Made by a program: the position numbers and the translations under genes
Shown here: one piece after another, positions 26,801 to 41,800 of the stretch
Layout: each line of letters starts with the position of its first letter
Numbering within the stretch: position 1 is the stretch's first letter
From: Ascidiella aspersa
Taxonomy: Eukaryota
Assembly: GCA_963924565.1 (NCBI GenBank)
Contig: OZ004615.1
Location: 7,502,001 to 7,566,000 of the forward strand
Reading direction: 5' to 3'
DNA: 64,000 bases
Notes under the pieces: generated by a model
What the model was told of the DNA's origin: nothing
What the model saw: only the letters and a program-made list of their open reading frames with translations
The model's database searches: none

Positions 26801-29800
26801 CTGCTGTTGCGATTGACGCAAGTAGGTTTAAGCCACCCCATCCCCCCGAAAAAGCGATTTGATTGCGCAATTTAGAGTAAAATATCGCGCACCGATTTCG
26901 TATAAATTTTTTAGATTAAAATAAAGAGAACCGCACCACAATGTAACCATGGCCGATAAAATTTAACATTTTAAACAGTAATTTAAAGTTTTAAGTTAAA
27001 GCAATGCGATTTGTTTAGTAATTAAACTTACCACAACCTCCAATTCTAAAACAAACAAAATCCACATATCCGAAGCCTCTTTGTCAAAACAACCGTTAAA
27101 GTTTCATTGCCATCGTCATTTCGACCTCCCAGTCCACCACCAAACGTTATACACAGCTGTCAAGTTTACCCAGCCCCTGGATGACGTCATCACTGTGAAT
27201 GAGGGCGCGAGCGTCACACTCCAGTGCTCGGTGTCACGTGACAGGGCCAGAGTCCAGTGGCTTCGAAACGGTTCCAAGTTGAAGCCGGGTCCAAAGTATA
27301 AGACCTCGATATCTGGCGCCACCAGGCGACTGACTATTAATGACGTCACGAGGGAGGTGGATGAGGGGGCGCGGTTCACCTGTCGTATCTTGGACAACGA
27401 CGACGTCACGGAAACGTCAACCGTCGTTTCGGTCCCTTCTATAAGTGAGCGCATTCACGAATATCACACTCACGAGAATGAGAATCAGTCACAAACTTTT
27501 AGTTCGCTTTTTTGTTATATGTGATGACGGCAATGTGCTCATTGAAACAGTAACGAAAAGCATGTTAATCACGAATTAATCAGCCTAAAATGATACAGGA
27601 TGTTTAAGGCATAAAGCACCACTTTTACAAAGTATACATCATCCATCTTAAAGCAACCATATCAAGTTTCTTGCATGCCTTTCCCCTGTTAGTTATGGAA
27701 TTACGCTGAACCTCATGTCTTATTGCAGGCGATGACATACTAAAGGATCTTACGGACCAATCGGTTGTGGAAGGAAAGAAAGCCACGTTTGAGTGCGTTA
27801 TTAGCCGCGAGGACGGCAAAGTATCGTGGTACGCAGGCGAGACTCTTATCGCTGCACAGGTAAATGAAATACTATTTATTAACTAACAAATGATATTGTG
27901 CATGTTGGCTGGAGTTCGTGCTGTTGACTTATACACCTTTACCATTTCTGTGCAATGTTTAGGACAAGAAATACAAAACACTTGCAATGAAAAACCTGAG
28001 AAGGCTGATCGTCGTCGACTGCGCAATGGACGACAAGATGTGCTATTCGTGCTGCTTTGGCGAGAAAAAGTCGTCAGCACAGTTGGAAGTTACTCGTAAG
28101 ATCAGTAGAAACTTAATATATTAACAGTTTTATACCGTTTTCTATATTTGGCTTTAAGCAATTTCATAAAATTACTCCGTTATCTCAAATACAAAATTCT
28201 TTACACCAAGGGTAACAGAAAGATAGAGAAAGTTTTATTTATTTTCTTGCTTGCAGCCGCCAAAGTGGCGGAGGAGCCATCTATTTTGCCGAAGAAAATT
28301 CGCCATATCGAGGCCGAGCCTGAGGCCGCGCCCGAAGAAGTGCAACTGAAACCTATTCCGGGACTGAACTTTACTAAACCATTAGTGGACCAAACCGCAG
28401 AGGTATTCATACAATAACAGCCCATGTTATCTACTTTGTCAATTAAAAATTCCAAACCCAATAACTTTTTCAAATATTGCTGTCCAGCCCAACAATCTTC
28501 TTCTATTTTCTTTTCCAGGAGAAATCCTCTATTATTCTCGAATGCGAGCTGTCGCATCCCGACGTGCCAGTCACGTGGTACAAGGGTGGCGACAAAGTGT
28601 ACCCGACCAAGGCCAGCCAGCCAACTGTCGAGGGAACCTCGCACAAGCTGTGCCTTAATAATTTGACCGCCGCCGATTTAGCGCTTTATAAATGCCAAGC
28701 CATTCCAAACCCTGACGTGATCACTACATGCAAAGGTTCGTGTTTTCAAGTTTCCTTTGTAACGATTGTCATTACCACTGTTTAGTGGTGGCTATTTAAT
28801 AATGATTAATATAATAAAACATATGTTTTTGTTTGCAGTAACGCCCATAAAGACAACAGGTATGCTCTTTAACTTTCTTACATTATTTTAATTATATTAC
28901 TTACGGTAAAGACTTACCGGTTTTAAACTATATTGCGAAAGGTTTGTATCTCATAAAATTGCCCTCAATCACGTCACAACTCGTTGCATGCGCGTTCTAT
29001 CATCTTAACAGCCATTTTCCATTCTAATTTAACCATTTCACCCTGGCAACGCCCCAGGCTTTGTCCAAGACCTGGAAGCAGTGACCTGCACGGAGAAGGA
29101 CACCGTTGTTTTGACCTGTGAGGTCGCCAGCCAGACGACCGAAGTTGTCTGGCTCAAGGACGACCAGGAAATTGATCCTGAAGACAAAAGGTATACTATC
29201 TCTCTTTTTCAGAAGCAACAAGGAACTTTTCGGTAGGGAAACTAACGTTACTTGACTCCTTTAGATACCAAACTATTTCTGACAATACCACGCGAAGTCT
29301 TGTAGTGCAAGAGGCACAGATGGACGACGCTTCAACATACACTTGCAAACATGGAAAAGCAATCACCTCAGCACCGGTTACAGTTGTGGAAGGTATGCAT
29401 TGCTAACTTATTCAGTATTCCATTAGGTACAAAAGAACATCGTAAATCATGACTGTTTTTACCTTTAGCTACCAAATTTTTGAAAACTCTGAAAGACAAT
29501 CATTCCTTGGAGCGCGACAACGTGGTGCTCGAATGCGAAGTTAACAAGTCTGACGCAAATGTCAGCTGGATGTTCAAGGGCAAAGTGGTTACAACGACGC
29601 CAGGTAAACATGTTATATTTGGTAGAAACGTTGCGTTTAGCAGATATGTTAAATGAAACGACTCAAATTTATGTTGCGCATCAATGTTTACCGGGCAACG
29701 ACTTCACCTAAACGATTTCAACTCAGGCAAATACAGCGTCGAGACCAAAGGACGAAAGCACAAGCTCTGCATCGAGAACCTGACAATCGAAGACGAGGGT

Positions 29801-32800
29801 GACTACACGTGCCAGACCGAGGGGGGCAGCACCGTCACCCAGTCGACCCTGACCGTTGAGGAGAAAGAAATCAAGTTACTCAACAAGGCCAGGGACGTAC
29901 ACGCAAGCGAGGGCGAGCGCGTTAACATTGAAATGGAAATTTCCGACGAGAGGGTACGTTAACTACAAGTTAAACTGGTACATTTCAAGCAATATTCAAT
30001 AACTGCAAGTTCATTTTAAGCAATATTCAATAACTAGAAGTATATTTCAAGCAACATTCAATAACTACAAGTACATTTTAAGCAATATTTAATAACTATT
30101 AGTATATCTCAAGCAACATTTAATAACTGCAAGTACATTTTAAGCAACTTTTAACCCATAAATCAACATTAAATAAAAAACTTGTGCGCGCTTATGTCAT
30201 TTAGTTACATTATTCAACTTGTTCTCTTGTATATCCAGGTCCACTGCGAATGGCAGCTCAACGGAAGCGCCCTCACATCCAGCGACAACGTTGAGATCGT
30301 TGAGGACGGACGCAAGCGCACGGTCACCATCAAGAGGATCAACTCCTCGTACCGTGGAGAGGTAACGAAACGCCAAGTTTTCCCTATATATCATATCATA
30401 AAATATGGCCGAATTCTTAACCCCGTGTGTATTTTGTTTCAGCTCGCCATGATGGCCGGTCGCCTTCGCACCAGCGTCGACATTGCCGTGCTGGATTCAC
30501 CGGTGTCTTTCCTGCGGCCGCTGCAAGACCAGGTCGCCCAGGAGCGGGGAACAGCCACTTTCGAATGCGAAGTGAGCCGCCCAGACGCCAACATCAAGTG
30601 GATTCGGTACGTTTTTCATGATATAGAATGCGACTGTCATAAGAAAGACTAAAACCATTAACTGAAGATTAATAATGTCTGTAGACTTTGTCGGCAATGT
30701 GTTCTAAATATTTTATCATGACATATTTAGTTAAAAAACACGTTTACGAAACAATTTAAAAGTCAAATTTAGGCTGTACAAATAGTTTATTTTCAAATCG
30801 CCGAACAGGGACCGAAGGACCGCGATCCAGAACAGCGACAAGTACGAGCTGGTGATCGACGGATGCGTGCGCAAGCTGCTGGTGCGTGACGTCACTTATG
30901 ATGACGAGGTGCCTTTCACCTGCGATGCCGAAGACAGCAAGACCACAGCCAAGTTGTCAGTTACAGGTAAACTTGACTTCTGCAGTTATCTCGACTTAAT
31001 TTAAGAAATGACAATGGAATGAACTCGTTACATAATTAACAGGTAAATAAACTCATATTTACCAATAATTCCGTATTTACTCATAAACTCGTATTTACTT
31101 ATAAACTCGTATTGCAGCCCGCGCGGTCGAGTTCGTGAAGCCCTTCGAGGACCAAACAACACCCGAGGGCGGCGACGCGACCTTTGAATGCGAGCTAAAC
31201 TTTGATGACGTTGCGGTGACGTGGTTCAAGAACGGCGTCAAACTGCAGAAGGGCCGGGCGGTCCGAATCGAGGCCAATGGCGCCCGACATTCCCTAACCC
31301 TGGTCGAGTGCTTGCCAGATGACGCAGGCAGTGTTTCGATCAATGCTGAAAACCTTCAGGTTGTTAGCTAATATATAAAACATCAGTAGAACTTGGAACG
31401 CTCTATTATTCAAATAATGAAATACTTGCTTCGTTATAAGACTGATATCGTAAAAGAAATCAATTAATATTTTCATAGGTTTTATCATGAACAACCTGAA
31501 ATAAGTTTTTGATTGCTGTGAAACGCAAATTAAACAAAGCAAAAAGCTTTCAGAAAAATTGTATATAAATAAACACTTGTTTTTCCCCAGGCCAATGTCG
31601 AACTTGTCGTGGCCACAACCGACCTTGCCATCTTGAAGTGTCTCGAAGATCAGTCCTTAGTTGAGGGCGACAACGTCACTCTCGTGTGCCAACTGAACAA
31701 GAGCAACGTCACCGGTGAGATAAGCGGCAATGCAAACGACTGAGTTTTACCAAACAACAGAATTTTTTTACCAACGTTTTGTTTTTCTCGCGCAGGCTCC
31801 TGGTATCGCAACGGCGTCCGCTTGGCGCGTTCGGATCTCATCGTGATCCGCAGCGAAGGCGACAAGCACACACTTGTCGCCAAGAACTTGACGGTTGACG
31901 ATGCGGCCGAGTTCTCTTTCAGCGCCGACGGGTGCCAGTCGACTGCCAACATCGTCGTCAAAGGTAGGCAAACTCATCTTTTAAGTTTAGAAGGTTTTTG
32001 GAAGATCGTGGGTTATCTAAGTTGAGCGTTTTTTCACTTTACAGAGCGACCGGTGACTTTTACCAAGAAGCTGCAGCCTGCTACCGTTACCGAAATGGAA
32101 GTGGTTGAGCTTTCGTGCGAAGTCAGTCGCCAACAAGGAGAGGTACTGAAGCCCCTTACAAAATTGCCCTAATATTAGATAAAAATTGACGGTCATAAAT
32201 GACCAGCATTAAAAATGTTGTCATACTTTACGATTTTGTTATACTGTGCTTGCATCATTTTACACAATTTAATGTAGGAAATGACACTCAAACCTCATTT
32301 TCGTTTCAAGGTGACTTGGTGGAAGGGCGATGAGCAACTTGCCGAGAGCGAGCGAGTCGAGTTCGTCAAGGAGAACTGTTGGAGGCGACTCGTCATCCTT
32401 AAGGCCGAGTACAGCGACGAGGCCGAGTACTCGTGCAAATGCGAGGCCGACCTAACCAAGGCTGCCCTCACTGTAGGAGGTGGGAAAATGTCAATATTAG
32501 CAATATAGGCAGTCACAGTCGATGTTCATTTCTCTTAAACGCGTATTCAAACAACAGCTTTAGCTAACCTGGAGAACGTTTTGTCTTGGCAGGACGTAAC
32601 ATTAAGATCCGACGTGACTTACGTGACGTAGAGACCACTGAGGGTCTTCCAGTGAGCTTCGAGACCGAGATCTCGCACGATGACGTCAAGACCAGGTGGT
32701 ACATCGGCGACGAACTGGTCAAGGAGGACGAGAACGTGTCGTAAGTGGAAGCTCCAATCTCTTTTCAGTAAACGTTTCATAGAACCTGTCTTTAACTTAC

Positions 32801-35800
32801 CATACTGTAACATACAGGATTTATGTGGTCGGTCGCAAGCACCGCCTCACCATCAACAGGGTGACGGGCGTGCACTCCGGAGCAGTGAAGTTCGTGGCGT
32901 CCAAGGCATCCAGCGAGGCCACCTTGACCGTCATGGAACCCCTCGTGGAGTTCGTGACTCAGCTGGAGGACCTGACGCTAGAAGAAAAAGCGCAAGCGGT
33001 GTTCCAGTGCGAGGTAAACAATCGAACATGGTTAACGATTCAACAACTTAACATTATACAACTAACCATTATCTTTTTTAAAGGTGTCTCGTCCCAACGC
33101 CGAGGTGCGCTGGCTTAAGGGAAGAGCGATCATCCGTGACTCGGAAAAGTACGAGATCCGCTCCGAGGGATGCATGAGGACGCTGGTGATCAAGCAGTGC
33201 GTCTTCGACGACGAAAAGAAGTACACGTGCGACGCCGATGACGCGCGAACCAGCGCCAAGCTCACAGTGCAATGTGAGTCTAGAATCGTGGATTTATTGT
33301 GTTTTATCTAATAAATATCAAGCTTGTTAGTCTTACTATCAAAATGACGCATTTCAACATTTTTAGCAACCCTTAAAGGTTTAAAAAATGTTTTCGAGGT
33401 ACAATGATTTTTCTGTTAGATATTGAATACCAGTCATCAATGCGGCCCTTCTAATATGATTACATAACGGGAAACTACACTAAAATATGCTGCTATATAC
33501 TTGGCAGTGGCTGACAGGATTTCCTCCTTTTTTGATACATGCATAAACAATGTCTGCGCGGACACATCAAAACAAAGAACACTTAAAACAAACTTCCACT
33601 GGTTTCAGCTCGCGCCATCCAGTTTCTGCGCGCGCTCCCGGAGAAGGTGAGAGCGGTGGAGCGCGACGAGATGCAGCTCGAGATCGAGCTGAGTCACAGT
33701 GACGTCGAGGTGATCTGGTACAAGAACGGTGCCAAGATGGCGCGCACCAAGAACGTCGAGCTGGAGACTGAGGGCACCGTCCACCGGATGACCATCCACC
33801 ATGCCGCCATGGAGGACTATGGAGTCGAGATCGTGGCTCAGGCGGAGGAGGAGACCTCCACCACGACGTTGTTTGTGGATGGTAAGTGATTTCAGTTTGC
33901 TGTATAAGAACATAATAGCCTACTCTAGGCACGATTTGAGTATGAATTAAAACGTCAAGGATGGAATTACAATGATGTTTACTTTGATATAGAAATCACG
34001 GTTTCGATTGTCGAGGGCCTTAAAGACCTCACTGTCATCGAAAAGGAAACCGCCGTTTTCACGACCTCGACCAACTACGACAATGTGCCGCACATCTGGT
34101 ACAAGAGTAAGTAGCAAACCTATTAACGCAAAAGCGTGTTCGGATACAAATTTAAATGACAATTTCCCCTCTCAGATGACGTTAAGCTAGTCAAGAACAA
34201 CCAGATCGAGATGACGGACGAGGACACACTTCACACATTGAAGCTCTCTTCTTGCGCCCTTGAGGACTCTGGCGAAATCAAGTTTGTCTCCAAGACAGCA
34301 GAAACAACATCGAAGCTTACTGTGATCGGTGAGTGGTGAAATACATAAATCAACCAAGGTCTTCGCATTTCATACATCCGGGTTTTGCCTGCCCCTTGCT
34401 TAACAGCTTATTAAAGCAATAGAAAAATACAAATAATATTAGCATAAATACAATAACATTAGCATACCTATGTGACATAACATGATGTTGTCTGCAGAGC
34501 CACCTGTCGAGTTTCCCAAGAAGCTTGATGGTGAGATGATCCGCGAAGAAATGGACAGGATCGTTCTCGAGTGTCACGTGAGCAGAGCCAACGCCAATGT
34601 CACGTGGCTCAAGGACAACGCAGCGGTCGAAGCAAGCGACAAGTAAGGATCTTTCATTTATTTTGTATAACATCTACAAACGGACTTTGTTTTTTATGCT
34701 GTTTGCTATTTTCAGATACTTGATTGAGTCTGAGGGTATTGTACGTCGCTTGGTACTTACCGATGCCGCTGTTTGTGACACAGCTTCGTGGACGTGTGAC
34801 GTTGTCGACTCTGTGACCACATGCGTCTTGACAGTGAAAGGTTTGTAAAAATACACAACAATCGCATAACCTGAATAATAACCTGATAAAAGCAACGAAC
34901 AACCACCAACGTCTCGCTTTACATTCGGTCCTAATCATATGTTTTTATTACAGAACTTGACATCAAGTTCACAAAGGAACTGAAGTCGGCCTCGGTGCGA
35001 CAGGGCAAGGACGTTACGTTCGATTGCCACATTTCGACCGATAAGCCGGTTACTGTAGAATGGACCAAGTTCGGAAAACCGATTGAGCAGTCTGACAACT
35101 TGACTGTCCAACGCAACGGCGGCAAAATGCAACTGCAGATCAAGAACGTTTCTGTAAGAGCAATGGTTGAACCTAGTATACAAAAGTCCGATAATAGAAT
35201 ATGTATTAATCAAATTTCCCTAAATTTGATTTCACAATTATATCGTTAACTGATGTATTCCTATATGATCAGATTCGCGACGAGGGTTACTACGCATGTC
35301 AGGTGCGCGGTGTCAAGACAGACGCCCGTCTTGCCGTGACACTAGAGCCTAATAAGGTGGTGGGACAGATGAAGGACCAGGAGGCAGTCGAAGAACAGCC
35401 TTCGATCACATTCACCTGCACTTTGGCAAGGTAAACAATCTACGGTGAAAAGCTTCGCCTTTCTAACCTGAGCCATATGACCACACAAGAAAATTGCACT
35501 TTTACTCGACATAATTATATCCTCCAAATTTCACATGTTATAACTTGTGTCTTGGTAATAGTTGTTAGCCTATTTCTAACTCAGAAAGTCACCTTAAATC
35601 CACCTGTTTGCGCCTTTAGGGAAGTCGGAGCAGTCAAGTGGTCCAAAGACGGAAAGGCGGTCGAGAATGGCGACAAGTACGAGTGTGTAGCGGTCGATTG
35701 CGATCGCTCCCTTATCGTCAAGGACTTGACCAAGGCCGACAAGGGAAAATACACGTGCGTGTGCGGCGACACGAAAACCACAGCACAGTTGACTGTGAAA

Positions 35801-38800
35801 GGTATGTAGAGTATATTTTCATCCGCGATTGGCCAAAGCTTCTGTAACTTATAGTGACACCTTGATGTTACTCCGGCAAGTTTACATTTAGGATTTCCAC
35901 ATTTTGCTACTTATACTAATGTCATAGCAAGGTATAAAATAAAGTACAAAAATAAACGATTTCTTGTTACTCAGACGGCGTCAAGTTCCTGAAACGTCTC
36001 GTCGACTCTGAAACCTTCGAGAAAGAGGAGATCACTCTGAGCTGTCAGATCTCAGACCTGGATATGGCGGTCGGTTGGTACAAGGACGGCTTGCCAGTGG
36101 TGGCCAGCGAGCGAGTAATTATCCAGGCCAACAAGGGCGTTCATACGCTAACGTTACCCTGGACAAGTTTCGCTGACGCAGGCAAATACAAGCTGGTGGC
36201 CGGATTCGCAAAATCAGTCGCGACACTGAAGATCGAAGGTAATATAACGATATATGAATTTATATTGATATTTAGTTGGTTTAATGCGTGTGTGTAACAG
36301 TTTATGAGTTAACAACCAAGAGAGTCTAACATGTCAAAAATTGTGTTTGCAGAGGCGCCTCTTCGTTTCTTGGCCAACATCAGCGACGTTTCGATCGCCC
36401 ATCTGGAAACAGCCGTCTTCCAGTGCGAAGTTTCTCCTCGTGACCAGAAGGTCAACTGGCGTTTAGGCGAGCAGCTCCTGGAAGCCGGAGAGCGATTTCT
36501 GGTAGAGGAAGACGACAAGATCCGCAAACTCACGATCAAGGATTGCACTGTGGAGGACAGTCTCGTTGTTAGCTGCTCTTTCGCTGACCAAACGACTAAA
36601 GCAAGCTTGGAGGTCGGCTACCCGCCCGCCTGGTTTGTGACAGAACTGGAAGCGGTGACGTGCACCGAGCGCGATGACGTCACGATGCAGTGCGAGTTGT
36701 CACGACCCAACGTGAACGTAAGTGTTCATTGTACGATATCATATAAACAATTTGGATCGCAAAATCAGGAGGACTTCTAACGTTAAAAATCAGGCGTATT
36801 TTTAAGAAAAATCATAAAATAATAAACCCTTATCCCATTATTAGGTTTTAAAGCTGTTTTTTCCTCAGGTTGAGTGGCTTTGTGCCGGCAAGTCTGTCAG
36901 CGAAAGCAACCGCCTTAAGTTCGTGGCCGACGGAGTTGTCCGTCGTATGGAAATCGCCGAGGCTCAGATGGACGAGGCTGGCGACTACACTGTGCGTGTG
37001 TGCGACCAAGAAACAGCAACGACTGCCCACTTGACCGTCAACGGTAAGCCGCTGGTTTGCTCAACCCTCCTAACGTTTAAAATGTCCGCATTCTAATATG
37101 TTTTTCGTGTGTCAAAGTTCTTTATTTTTTGTGATGATTAACTTTTAGTAATTTACATACTGCTGTTGATTTTCAGAAATCGCGCCTGGAATTTTGACTG
37201 AGCCGGAAGACGTGCATTGCCGCGCTACTGACGACGCGCTGTTCCAGTGCCAAATCAGCAAGACGCGATACAGCCTCGTGTGGTTCGTCAAGGACGCCGA
37301 AGTCAACGAGGCCTACCTGAAGGACAGCAAGAGCCGGGTCAAGGTCACGGCCACCGAAGGAGGTCTTATCCACACGCTGATCATTAAGGATGCGCTGCTG
37401 TCTGATATCGGAGAGGTGTACGCGGTCTGTGAGGGCGTGGTGAAGTCGACAGTGGTGCAGATGCACGTTGTCCCGCTTGTGTTCGAAGTACCGCCCGTCG
37501 ATGTGAAGGTTTGCGCAAAGGAAACGGCGACGTTCGTCGGCACCACCAACAAGGAAGGAGTAGAGGTAAAGCAAAACGGGATCTATATACTTTGTAAAAG
37601 TTGTTTTAAAGAAACGTTATCGAATCGCATGAACTTCTTGTAAATGATTGGCTAACGCAATATAATCTACAAAATGCCACTAAAAACATTCACTATAAAT
37701 AAATTTACGCCACTTGAAAATTCGTAACGTCACAGTTTTCGCGTGTTGGTACTAAACTTGTGGCATGGATGAAATAAATAGCATAATGCTTTTTATTATT
37801 TAGGTGACATGGTCACGAGATGGCAAGGTTTTGCAAGAAGGAAATGGAGTTTCGATAAGAAGCGAAGGATGTGAATACTTCCTTAGCTTTGCTGATTGCA
37901 CACTGCGAGACGACCATTCAATCATAACGGCAAAGGTTTAATCAATTTAAGACATTGTACAACATGCTTGCTTTTTATTTTTCCACCGCTAACTAAAATA
38001 TCGTTAATATGCTTAAACACTTCCTTTTGTTTCGGTTTACAGGCCAAGCATTTACCTTATGCCGGCTAACAATGGTTGGCCTAACATCGCATTTCCTTTT
38101 AGGTTGCCGACTGCGTCTGTAAAGCGCGCTTGCTGGTAGGACCACCGCCAGCTGAGTTCGCAGCAGACAAGCTCGACGACGTTTCTGTAGAAGAAGGTCA
38201 GCGTGGCTGCTTTGACGTCGAGCTTACCGAGTTGGGCGGCAAGGTACAATGGTTTATGGACGGCCAGCCGATCATTGGCGATTCCAAGCGCCAAGTGGTC
38301 GCCAGCGGCTTAATGAGAACCTTGGTGATTTTGGACAGCAAACGCGGTGACGATGAGGTAATATTCTAGTATTAAAATTTAATTATGTTCAATATTGGTT
38401 ACTTTTGTATAATTCATACCCTCCAAAATTGCAAAACCGCAATTTACGAAAAATTGGGGCACACAATGTTGGGAAAAATGTCGTAAAACCAATATTCGTG
38501 GGAGTCTAACTGCACTAAGCCTGTAAAATCTACCAATCGTTAAAAATGCTGTTTGTTTTGCGCGTGAGAGAGACCACGCTAAAGCGGCGAGAAAAAGGGA
38601 CGCACTTTTTCCTTTCCACGTGTCTAGACTTTTTCCATTGATTTCCTTTTTTCTCGGTTTCCACTCTTTCACGAGCAAGCCTATTAAAATGACTGTTTGG
38701 GCTTAGTTTACGTGGCTGCTTTTCTGCGCTGATATTCAGCACTTGGCGTCAGCTTTAAAAGGCAAGGGTTCGAATCCCGGCCTTTAGGCATGTATCGATA

Positions 38801-41800
38801 TGATGATGAACGATTGGCAAAAATGAATACGGGCGAAAGCTCAGGTTTTCTGAGCCCAGCCTCATAATTGATTCAACATTTGATATGCGCATCACTAATC
38901 TGAAACGATACTTGCCAGTTTTATAGAATAATGTTTGTGTGGTTTACACTGCTTAAGAATTGTTTACCACCTTTTCCTGGCGTTTTTTCGGTAAACAAAT
39001 AGCTTAAAATTGTGTAAATAACTGCACAGCTAACCAAACGGGTGTTTTACCCTTGCTTGCAACTAGTCGCAAATCATGAATTGCTTTTTAGCGAACCTAT
39101 TCTTGCCGCCTGGACGAAAACGAGCTGAGAGCGCGACTGGTTGTTAATGAGGCGCCGCTTAGATTCGACAAAAAGCTTTGGGACCGGGACAGCGAACCTG
39201 GCAAAACCTGTGTGTTGGAATGTTTGCTGAACAAGCCGTTCGCCAACGTCGAGTGGACACTGGATTCCAATATCATCAAAAACGACAGACGACATGCTAT
39301 CAAAGTGGCAAACGAGGTAAGACAATCGTTATTGTGACGCAGAATGAATGCCGAATTAGCTATTGTTTGCACTTACAGTTTCACAGTAGTTTCTGTTTTT
39401 AACGTCAGTGCTTCAAACCTTTAGGTGCGTTGGGAAAATTAATGTGTAATTAGCTTGTTAAATCAACGTTGAGTGCGCCTGGTCACGCTGAAAATGGATA
39501 ACTTCCGTTACAGGGCAAGAAACACTCGCTCGAAATTGCTGAGTTCTCTGCTGACGACCGTGGTCGTTATGCGGCACAATGTGTTGGCACCGAGGTCCAG
39601 ACAACCGCTATTATCGACCTCGCCGTTCCAGCTCTGCTGGAAACCGACATTGATGCGTTTACGCTGAAGGCCGATAGCCCGAGCGAAGTGTCCATTGTCT
39701 ACAAGGGCATGCCTATACCTACAATCACCTGGCTAAAGGTTTGTCTTTCTCGGAATGTAAACCGTGTTGCAAATGTCATTAGTTAAATATATATCAAATC
39801 ATTTAAACAAAACTACCGCCGTTAATTGGATTTTTCTTTACTTAAGTTTGCTAGTGAAATTTAAACTTGTTTTGTCTAACGTAGGAAAAGGAAGACTCCC
39901 TGGTTCGCGTTGGCGACGAGAGTGTGATTACGTCAGACGGTAGCACCAGACTTCATCTCAAAAAGCCTACCAGATGCGATGCTGGGCGCTACAAGGTCAC
40001 AGCCAAGAACAAATACGGGGAAAGCAGCGTTTTCATCAATGTGGAAGTGATCGGTAAGCTATAAATTTATAAAACATTTTACCCGCAACATCACTCCTCC
40101 GACAAATATACATGTGATCACGACTCTTTTCGTTTCCAGATCGGCCACAGCCCCCTGTAAACTTGACCGTGACCGAGATCACGGCCAACAGCGCCACCTT
40201 GCAGTGGGAGGAGCCCGACGAAGACGGTGGTTCCCCGATCACGAGTTTCCAGGTCGAGAAACGCGACGTTAAGCGCAAGATGTGGCAGACCGTGTGCGAC
40301 AATGCAATGGAAACCGAAATCGAGGTGAATATTTGCAGCCTACCAAAGCATTTGTTGACCACCCCGTCAGCTGTAATAAACTTGTTCCCAGTAATTTAGT
40401 TCACATTAAAACAGTGGTGGTTTAACGTGTTTTTGTTGTTTAGGTTGACAAGCTGACCAAAGGCTCGTCGTACTTTTTCCGCGTTTCGTGCGAGAACAAA
40501 GTCGGACTCTCAATGCCGGTGATGATCGAAAACCCAATCACTGCAAAGGCGCAGTTCGGTAAGTTCGTTTCCGTTTTACCACTAAACACTGACTTTAGCA
40601 GTTTGCTGTAAAACGCTGTCCCATTTTTTATACAAGATAGACTATTGCTCATCCCAAAGTTGGTGTAATATTGCATTCGCATATGTTTTTTCTCTAGAAC
40701 TGCCCGAAGCACCGCAGAGTGTGGCCTTGTCCGAAGTGCGTCACGACTACGTCACAGTTACGTGGAAGGCACCCGCGTTCGACGGCGGTGCCCCAGTTTC
40801 TTTGTACGTGGTTGAGTTGAGAGACAAACTCCACACAACGTAAGTTGCAAACAAAATACACAAAGCAAATTTTTTGCTTCAAACCACCAATTCTCGATAT
40901 CCAACAATGCAAGTTATATAACAAATTACGTAAATGTTCTGTTGCGCAACTATCGTTTGACACCTCATTAGTCTGCGATTTAATCCAATCGAACCCGTTG
41001 ACTACATATAAACCCTCACCTTCTTTACTCTGGTATAGATGGACAAGGTGTGCCATTGTGGAAGGAGACCAGTTTCAAGCGCCAGTCACAGAGCCAGAAG
41101 TAACCCCTAACAAGGAATACTGCTTCCGAGTTTTAGCCGAAAACGCAGCAGGAATTGGAAAGCCAAGCGCCCCGACAGGGCTCACCAAGATGCAAGATCC
41201 ACTCGGTAAGACTATAAGTTGTTAAAGCCTATTTTTAAAAGAATTCTAGGTATTTTAAATTGGACAAACTAAGGAATAGCCAGTAACAAAACGCGTATCA
41301 TTAGGAGTTCTATTATATCTTTTCTAAAATATTATCATTCGATTAATAAATATTTAAACAACCTCAGTCATTTTGGGAATTGCCCATCAGAATTTTGTTT
41401 AAGGCATCGCCATCTGCAAAAGCTGTCTTAATTTCTAAAACTGTTTTTTCATTTTAGAAACCCCGTCTCACCCGCGCAACCTTCGCTACGACAACGTCAA
41501 GAAGGGTTCAATCGACCTTACCTGGGACGCGCCCAAGTCGGACGGGGGCAGCCCCGTGACCGAGTACGTCATCGAGCACCAGGACAAGGCCGACGAGAGC
41601 GGCCTGTGGAACCGAGCGGGCCAGATGGAACCGGTCGATAAGCTCGCTTACCAGGTCACCGGCCTCGAGGAAAATCACGAGTACTCGTACCGCGTAAAAG
41701 CGATAAACGCTATTGGAGAGGGAGCGCCGTCTGACGCGTCGCCCTTTGTTGTGGCCAAGGACGAGACGAGTAAGTTTCGTTGATTTTAAAGTGTGAAAAA

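Noticed and set aside
29973-30152. CRISPR-like array
   Set aside because: Head-to-tail repeats with no unique spacers, eukaryotic intron, no cas genes
33550-33608. Intronic ATG as a Cronos-like start
   Set aside because: Out of frame with exon 33609
38696-38790. Intact tRNA gene
   Set aside because: Only the B-box is clear; no convincing acceptor or anticodon stems
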